From NCBI GenBank assembly GCA_017409215.1, contig JAFQTD010000036.1, positions 14,038-78,037 of the forward strand: 64,000 bases of DNA. Direction: 5' to 3'. The notes below the pieces were generated by a model that saw nothing but the letters and a program-made list of their open reading frames with translations, ran no database searches and had not been told where the DNA came from. Shown here one piece after another: positions 57,789 through 64,000 of the stretch (position 1 is its first letter; the number at the start of each line of letters is the position of its first letter). This stretch comes from Alphaproteobacteria bacterium. Its GTDB lineage: Bacteria > Pseudomonadota > Alphaproteobacteria > Rs-D84. Position numbers and translations under genes: made by a program.

Positions 57789-58727
57789 ATGAGAAAAATA
57801 ATATCGCTATTGTCACTTATGGTTGTTATTCCTGCATATTCGAATGAAGTGTTATCATTGGATGACGCGTTGCGTGCGACATATACCGCCTGTGTTGGCA
57901 TTGATGATGCGTTGTACGATTTAAAAAAGATGGCTGGGATTAATACAGCGATAACTGCAGTTGGTACGGCTGCTGGCGCGGGCGCAACAGTTGTTGGCAT
58001 TGTGAAAAGTGGTAAAGATGCCAAGGCAGAGGCACTAGAGGCGATATTAAAAGAAATTGCAGAAATGTCCAAAAATCAATCGGCAATGACCGAAACAGAA
58101 ACCGCTACATTTATGTCTGAATTTAATTCTGCATACGAAACTGTACTAAAGAATGAACAAGAAGCGGAAACAGAATTGCAAAAAACAGTTCAGCAATCCA
58201 AGAAACTGGGTAATTGGCGCACTGGATTGATGGCAACTGGCGCGGCAACAAATCTGGCTGGTGCAATTATTGCGGGTACGAACAGGGTGGATGGTGATTT
58301 AGACACACAAATAACCGCATGCAAGAACTCGCTATCTGCATTAAGAACGTCGATTATGCAGGCGCGCATAAATGGCGAAGACGTGGCCGAGGCGCAATCT
58401 ATTGAATCTGCCTGCAGTGAATTTGAATATGTTGACCTGTCCAAGATTAACACGCGTGGCAAAGGTGCGATGATTTCATCTGGGCTTGGTGCGGCAACTG
58501 GTCTGGTTGGTACATTTACGTCTGCATCCGCCAACAGTCAGAAGGTTCGTGATGACAACAGCGATTCGGGTAAACAGAAAGAAAAGAACCTAAATACTGC
58601 ATCAAATGTCTTGGCGGGCGCATCGGCTGCTGCATCTGCCACTGCTACGGTATTTAACGCAACCCAGATATCTGCGATTAAGAAAGTTGCAGAAGTCGCA
58701 TCAAAATGTACGGGGGTATTGAAATGA
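57789..58727 (+). CDS. secreted Ala/Gly/Thr-rich protein, paralog of 21787-22812
   Basis: ATG at 57789 after AGGAGAG. Signal peptide MRKIISLLSLMVVIPAYS. It shares conserved blocks with 21787-22812 and its stop overlaps the next gene's start (ATGATAA). Confidence 0.6.
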   Translation: MRKIISLLSLMVVIPAYSNEVLSLDDALRATYTACVGIDDALYDLKKMAGINTAITAVGTAAGAGATVVGIVKSGKDAKAEALEAILKEIAEMSKNQSAMTETETATFMSEFNSAYETVLKNEQEAETELQKTVQQSKKLGNWRTGLMATGAATNLAGAIIAGTNRVDGDLDTQITACKNSLSALRTSIMQARINGEDVAEAQSIESACSEFEYVDLSKINTRGKGAMISSGLGAATGLVGTFTSASANSQKVRDDNSDSGKQKEKNLNTASNVLAGASAAASATATVFNATQISAIKKVAEVASKCTGVLK

Positions 58728-61700
58728 TAAAGAAAATATTAACCTTGATCGCGTGTATGTTTATTTCGGTCCCAACTAGTGCCGAAATATATCTTAGAAC
58801 TAGTTCGGAAAAACTTGAATCGGTTGTAAAAAAACATTTTGAAGCCAAATGGGCTCAGATAGGTGTTTTAGATGCATATCGTAATTATTTAAAACAAAAT
58901 TCTAATCAAGGAATTACAGCGAATCAATTGTGGTTTATATGCAAGGAAGGTGGGCTTTCGATTAGAAATACTGAACACAAAGAACGTTGTAGTGCGTTCG
59001 CAAATGATTTGATGGATAAATCTGGTGTCTATTATAATGTGTGCCGTTCGGACAAAGACAAAGAAGGCATAACAAAATATTGTATAGATAATGTTTTTGA
59101 TAGAAATTTTGGTGATAGTGATATTCAAGTTACCCCGCGTGAGGCTATTTTCTTGTCAAAAGCATATGCAAGAAAGCAGTATAAAGACGAAATAGAATGT
59201 TCAGATTTAATAGAAACAAGTGATAGTGATGATTTTGTTTCGTGTAAATCCATAGAAAAGGAAGATACTTATTATGAGTTTAGATTTTCTGATGCCAAAG
59301 AAACAAAAGATACAGCTGTTAACCATGGTGTAGAGGCTGGTATTTGTGCAATATATAATTTGCCTTATGTAAAGTCGGGTTCGACCGTCGCCCGAAGTAT
59401 GACAGCAATGGTTACATCGTGGCCATCAACATGTAAAACAGAAACATCATCTACTTGTGAAGAGATAAACAAAACAGCGGCTGATTTTGGGTACCAGATA
59501 TCGTATGAAAAAAATCATGGGGGATGTGCTTTTAAAAGCAATTGGATGTCGCCAGAAGACATAGTGAATGAATATGGTGAACAGATTGATAATACCATTT
59601 TCTCGGCAGACAATACTGCAATTCAAATCTATGCATCGGTATCATTAGACGAAACGATAAGACAATATGCAGTAATGGCGCTTGCACCAGCGCTGGTGAC
59701 AGACTTTAAATGTAACTCTTCGCATCGTCGTTTATCGCGTGGTATGTCAAATTCAGATGATGTCCTAACTTGTTATATCAATCAAAAGCGAGTTGATTTT
59801 ATTTTTGATGACATCACACAATCAAGGCACGCGCTGTTTGGAAAAAAGAAGATAAATGCTGGCACACAAGGTATGTCTTGTATTATTTCTGGTGGTACAT
59901 ATAACGGTAAGGCCTGCATGCATTTAAATCAAGAGCAATGTGAACTATTACGTGCTAAGAATCAAGAAGAATGCCCCAGTTGCAAGGCCGCAGAATGGGA
60001 CGGTGAAATGTGTATATTACCAGATGCAAAAGCCGCAACCAATATTCAAAAGGCTGGCGTTATAACATTAATCGTAGCAGGGACGGTTGTATCTGTTATG
60101 CTTAGCCCCGTAACTGCTGGCGGTTCTGCTACGGTCATGGCATACGTTACATTAGGCGCAGAAGTAGCAGGAGGCGCCATAGAGCTTGTTTCACAAATAA
60201 AAATTAATGCTATTATAGATGAATTTTTTGTTCAAAGCAATCAATGTCACCAAGCTGAATGTGCAGAAAGCTTAGTAAAAGAATTTATACAGCGTTTGGC
60301 AAATATACAAAATGATTTAAAATCAGAAGAAATAGATGCTGCAGATAAAGAACTGGCGCGATTAATAAAACTTATGCCAGAAGATTCTGATTTTATCGAA
60401 GATATTATTAACAATGGCACTACATTAGAACAAAGAAAGAAGGGGTTCTTTGATGCAGATGGCTGGGAACCAGAGCAAATATGGCGTGCAGTTGGTATAA
60501 TGTTACAGCTTACGGGGATTGTGTCAGGTCTTGTTGAAAAATTCACAACCAAAACCGTTACCCAAATGGACGAAAGCACAGATGCGTTGCAACACTTGAC
60601 ACGTTCACAAGCAAAACGTCTGGATGATGCAGCTACTCAGTTAAAAGCCATCGAGGAGCAACGAAATGTTGCAGGATTGACCAAAACACAAGCAGATGAT
60701 TTATGGCGTAGAGCAAAAGACATAAATCAATCAAAAAACACATTGCTTAAAGAACTTGGTTATAAGGAAGGGGATGAATTATTAGACTTGTTGAAACAAG
60801 AGGCTTACCAGCTGGATGATTTAGAAGTGCTTAAAACACAGCTGGATGATGTCGCAAAACAGCAAGATAACATGTATACAATCAGCAAAAGGGGCAACAA
60901 GGTTCTGAAACAAGGTAAATCGCCCAAAGATGTGGAGAAATTGACAAAACAAATCGATGAAATTTCGGCACAGATTAAGCAAACAACCACAAATATAGAG
61001 GACTTAACAAAACAAATAAACGATGTTTGGTCTGCCAGAAAAATCCAAAACGTAACAACCTCTACCACAAAGCTAGTTGAGACGGGGTTGACAAATACTG
61101 ATATAGTTGGGCGCGTTGTTGTTCTTGAGGCTAAAAATCAATCCAGAAAACAGTGGAATACAAACGATATGAAGGTGAATTTTTCTAATGCAGAGCCAAA
61201 TGATGAAACGGCCCCAGGGGCAGAGGAACCCATATCCTCTGACCCTGTGGTTGTGCCAGAACCTGAACCGGCTCCTGTGGTCACACCGACCCCTGTGGTT
61301 ACACCGACTCCAGATGGTCAAACAATCACACCGTATGATGTTAAAAAGCCAAAAACGGGTTTAATTGCGGGGGCAGCTGTATTGGGTACGGTTGGTACAG
61401 GTTTCTTGGTTGGTAAATTGTTGAATCGCAACCAAGACGACCCGTCAGCCCCACAAGATGTCATAACAGGGTCGACAGTTGACAATGAAATAAGAACAAT
61501 ATTAAACAATGCAAATGGCCTTATTGGTACAGTTAACAATAATCAAATAATCCTAGAAGCGATACCTACGTCTTTGGAAACAATGTCGCCAATAGTAAAC
61601 ATAAACAATAATGCAGTTGTTGTTGTTAATTACAAAGGTCATAATTTACCTTTCTATATTAACCGTACTGCGACTGCTTGGACACCATTGTTGGGAATCG

Positions 61701-61984
61701 GGCAAACCGGCGGTTGGTTAAACACGTATCAGGGCAAAGCCCAACCGACATATATAACCCAGATTCAAGCGTTATTAAACCAAAAACTTGCACCGGCAAT
61801 GGTTGCTAAATATATTGGCGTTAATTCCAGTGGCGTTCAGTTGCCGCTTGCTGGTGCTGGGGCGTATTCTGTAATTAATGCAGAATTTTCTGGTGGTGTT
61901 GTTCAGACATATAACGGCAAACTTAGTGGTGCGGATAAGAGCCTGCACGACAACAATTATAATAAAATACAAGCGATAAAATAA
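58724..61984 (+). CDS. large (1092 aa) secreted/membrane protein with two membrane-spanning regions, central coiled coil and Pro-rich linker
   Basis: ATG at 58724 after a GGGGG SD. Signal peptide MIKKILTLIACMFISVPTSA, then a Cys-rich ~420-aa N-terminal domain. Hydrophobic segments lie at about aa 450-500 and at aa ~890. Between them are a ~380-aa coiled coil and PEPEPAPVVTPTPVVTPTP. A bidirectional terminator lies at 61986-62022. Confidence 0.6.
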   Translation: MIKKILTLIACMFISVPTSAEIYLRTSSEKLESVVKKHFEAKWAQIGVLDAYRNYLKQNSNQGITANQLWFICKEGGLSIRNTEHKERCSAFANDLMDKSGVYYNVCRSDKDKEGITKYCIDNVFDRNFGDSDIQVTPREAIFLSKAYARKQYKDEIECSDLIETSDSDDFVSCKSIEKEDTYYEFRFSDAKETKDTAVNHGVEAGICAIYNLPYVKSGSTVARSMTAMVTSWPSTCKTETSSTCEEINKTAADFGYQISYEKNHGGCAFKSNWMSPEDIVNEYGEQIDNTIFSADNTAIQIYASVSLDETIRQYAVMALAPALVTDFKCNSSHRRLSRGMSNSDDVLTCYINQKRVDFIFDDITQSRHALFGKKKINAGTQGMSCIISGGTYNGKACMHLNQEQCELLRAKNQEECPSCKAAEWDGEMCILPDAKAATNIQKAGVITLIVAGTVVSVMLSPVTAGGSATVMAYVTLGAEVAGGAIELVSQIKINAIIDEFFVQSNQCHQAECAESLVKEFIQRLANIQNDLKSEEIDAADKELARLIKLMPEDSDFIEDIINNGTTLEQRKKGFFDADGWEPEQIWRAVGIMLQLTGIVSGLVEKFTTKTVTQMDESTDALQHLTRSQAKRLDDAATQLKAIEEQRNVAGLTKTQADDLWRRAKDINQSKNTLLKELGYKEGDELLDLLKQEAYQLDDLEVLKTQLDDVAKQQDNMYTISKRGNKVLKQGKSPKDVEKLTKQIDEISAQIKQTTTNIEDLTKQINDVWSARKIQNVTTSTTKLVETGLTNTDIVGRVVVLEAKNQSRKQWNTNDMKVNFSNAEPNDETAPGAEEPISSDPVVVPEPEPAPVVTPTPVVTPTPDGQTITPYDVKKPKTGLIAGAAVLGTVGTGFLVGKLLNRNQDDPSAPQDVITGSTVDNEIRTILNNANGLIGTVNNNQIILEAIPTSLETMSPIVNINNNAVVVVNYKGHNLPFYINRTATAWTPLLGIGQTGGWLNTYQGKAQPTYITQIQALLNQKLAPAMVAKYIGVNSSGVQLPLAGAGAYSVINAEFSGGVVQTYNGKLSGADKSLHDNNYNKIQAIK

Positions 61985-61985
61985 A

Positions 61986-62022
61986 ATCGACATAAAAAAT
62001 CCCCCAAATCGGGGGGATTTTT
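61986..62022. terminator. bidirectional terminator between the 1092-aa gene and glyQS
   Basis: AAAAAATCCCCCAAATCGGGGGGATTTTTTATTT. Confidence 0.55.
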
Positions 62023-63380
62023 TATTTCACAATTTCCAATAATTTTTCTTTTATCTGTGTGATTGGAACGCGTTCCTGTGCCATTGTATCGCGATGACGC
62101 AGTGTGACGGTATTATCCTCGATTGTTTGATGGTCAACGGTTATACAAACAGGTGTACCGATTTCATCGTGTCTGCGATAATTCTTGCCAATATTACCAG
62201 AATTTTCCAGTTCAATACGTCCGATTCCCAACCTGCGCAAATCACGCACAATTTCATTAGAAATATTTAACAGTTCTGGAATATTACGCGCCAAAGGAAT
62301 CACCGCTGCCTTAACTGGTGCCAATGCGGGTTTCAGTTTCAATACTGTACGTGACTTACCATCACCCAAATCTTCTTCGTTATACGCTTCTATCATCACT
62401 GCCAGCATTGCGCGATTAATCCCCATTGCTGTTTCGATAACGTATGGAACAAATGTTTTTCCGGTTTGTGGGTCACTGAACGCAAGTTTTGTGATACTGT
62501 CCTTGTTTTCGATAACATTTGCGTTAATTTCCAGTTCTTTTTGTCCTTTGGTATGTGATCCCAAATCAAAGTCTTGGCGATTATGTATACCTTCGACTTC
62601 ATCAAAACCATCTGGGAATTCATATTCGATATCAACTGCGGCCTTGGCATAGTGTGCCAACTTTTCGTGTGGTGCAAAGCGCAATTTTTCTGCAGGTATT
62701 CCCAAAACATTAATCCACCAAGCCAGTCTTTCGTCCATCCACATTTTATGGAATGCTTCATCATCGGCTGGATTGACAAAGTACTGCATTTCTGCCTGTT
62801 CAAATTCACGCATACGGAACACAAAGCCACGCGGTGAAATTTCATTACGGAACGCTTTACCAATTTGTGCGATACCGAACGGCAGTTTGTGTGGTTTTGC
62901 ATCCAATACGTTTTTAAAGTTGGTATATGTTGTTGTTGCGGTCTCTGGTCGCAGATATGCATTAATTGCGCCATCTGCAGTTGCGCCAATTGACAACCCC
63001 ATCATCAGTTGATATGCACGTGGCTCGGTTATTTCTGTACTGCCACAATTATCGCATTTTGATTGGTCTTTCATTTTGTCCTGACGCATACGTGCGCCAC
63101 ACTTTTTGCATTCAACCAATGGGTCTGAAAATCCAGCCTCGTGTCCGGAATATTTCCACATAAGGCGATTTGTAATCAAGGCCGCATCCAGTCCTTCGAT
63201 ATCATCACGCGAATAAATCATCGCGTTCCACCATGCGTCGCGAATATTTTTCATCAGTTCAACACCGTACGGGCCATAATCGTATGCCCCCCCCAGACCA
63301 CCATATATTTCCGAGCCTGTAAATATAAATCCACGACGTTTACAAAGTGCGACAATATCATTAACTGTTTTTGCTGCCAT
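62022..63380 (-). CDS. glyQS: glycine--tRNA ligase, dimeric alpha2 type
   Basis: 452 aa with a class II aaRS core and anticodon-binding domain. N-terminal sequence (MAAKTVNDIVALCKRRGFIFTGSEIYGGLGGAYDYGPYGVELMKN) is typical of alpha2 GlyRS. Confidence 0.9.
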   Translation of the reverse strand: MAAKTVNDIVALCKRRGFIFTGSEIYGGLGGAYDYGPYGVELMKNIRDAWWNAMIYSRDDIEGLDAALITNRLMWKYSGHEAGFSDPLVECKKCGARMRQDKMKDQSKCDNCGSTEITEPRAYQLMMGLSIGATADGAINAYLRPETATTTYTNFKNVLDAKPHKLPFGIAQIGKAFRNEISPRGFVFRMREFEQAEMQYFVNPADDEAFHKMWMDERLAWWINVLGIPAEKLRFAPHEKLAHYAKAAVDIEYEFPDGFDEVEGIHNRQDFDLGSHTKGQKELEINANVIENKDSITKLAFSDPQTGKTFVPYVIETAMGINRAMLAVMIEAYNEEDLGDGKSRTVLKLKPALAPVKAAVIPLARNIPELLNISNEIVRDLRRLGIGRIELENSGNIGKNYRRHDEIGTPVCITVDHQTIEDNTVTLRHRDTMAQERVPITQIKEKLLEIVK

Positions 63381-63480
63381 AATTTTTTTCCTTTATTAAA
63401 GTTTTGCTTTATATATTAAACGTATTTCAATTATCTGCAAGATTAAAGTTTATAAAAAAACCCGCTTTCGCGGGTTAAAT

Positions 63481-64000
63481 CTATGGACATTGTTCCAACT
63501 GTTTTAATACATTTTGTACATCGTTATTGATAGATACGGTTATTTCACGTTGCAGACCATCTTTATATGTATAACGGAACGGCGCGTTTTTAAATTCAGG
63601 CATAGCTTGATAAACCTGCTGGTATGGTGCCAACATTGCCTTGAACCATTGTCTGCCACGACACAGGCATCCGTTTCTGACGTCTGCGGCCACGACAGAT
63701 GTTGCGGTGTTTGGATATTTGGAATCCAAATCATAATCCGTCATCATCAAGCAACGCGCCCCAATACCATAGAAGTTCGCATCATCAACCAAGAATTTAT
63801 AGACTAAACCATCGCTTGCGCCTGCTTGTTTCAGTTTGTATGCCATACCATCTGTGCAACACGCATTTGCTGCCCGCATCAGCATTTTATATCTATCCAA
63901 CAGCGGTGTGGCCGCTGGGTGCGTTGCCTTGATATCGATATTGCAGTGTGCCACGTCCAGGAATTCTGCAATATTTGCATTGCGCAACTTGGAACTGCGT
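63481..64000 (-). CDS. hypothetical protein, C-terminal part (N-terminus beyond window end)
   Basis: The ORF runs to the window edge (173 sense codons upstream of the stop, 168-aa track ORF 63481-63987) and contains several Cys. A minus-strand terminator AAACCCGCTTTCGCGGGTT+T lies at 63453-63478. Family unknown. Confidence 0.35.
   Translation of the reverse strand, partial: RSSKLRNANIAEFLDVAHCNIDIKATHPAATPLLDRYKMLMRAANACCTDGMAYKLKQAGASDGLVYKFLVDDANFYGIGARCLMMTDYDLDSKYPNTATSVVAADVRNGCLCRGRQWFKAMLAPYQQVYQAMPEFKNAPFRYTYKDGLQREITVSINNDVQNVLKQLEQCP

Noticed and set aside
1-64000. CRISPR arrays, rRNA genes, IS elements or transposases.
   Set aside because: No short direct-repeat/spacer arrays were seen. 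No rRNA-like conserved stretches. No ORF resembles a transposase or integrase.

Overview
The window is a low-GC, Gram-negative, proteobacteria-like chromosome segment. RpoH, the Lpt/Bam/SurA/Skp outer-membrane genes, DUF4167, a scattered T4SS coupling protein and some reduced genes suggest an alphaproteobacterial-type endosymbiont, but the taxon cannot be proven from sequence alone. Most of it is housekeeping: dnaX, rluD, an RND efflux operon (marR-tolC-MFP-RND), der, a MacB-type ABC pair, rsmE, lptF/G-lptD-surA-rlmN, rpoH, xseB, mutS, truB-rpsO, rmuC, def-fmt, truA, comEC and an alpha2-type glyQS. Three tRNAs are readable: Gln-TTG, Glu-CTC and Val-TAC. Four things stand out. (1) A type IV pilus/T2SS-like system is split across the window: a partial pilin gene at the left edge, three very large pseudopilin-like genes, and a GspL-like/PilP-like/GspE/GspF operon. 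(2) An accessory region of about 8 kb lies between tRNA-Gln and tRNA-Glu. It is built from cassette-like units bounded by direct and inverted copies of the tRNA-Gln 3' end/att-like sequence, a roughly 165-bp hairpin repeat and a conserved TGGTATAAT promoter. No integrase is present. It carries a methyltransferase, a GNAT, several orphan proteins and a secreted GH108 muramidase. (3) Two paralogous Ala/Gly-rich secreted proteins each sit immediately upstream of a large secreted payload protein, one a GH108 lysozyme fusion and the other a 1092-aa protein with two membrane-spanning regions. (4) Three small Cys-rich ORFs lie in tandem between fmt and truA. No CRISPR array, rRNA or recognisable transposase/integrase was found.
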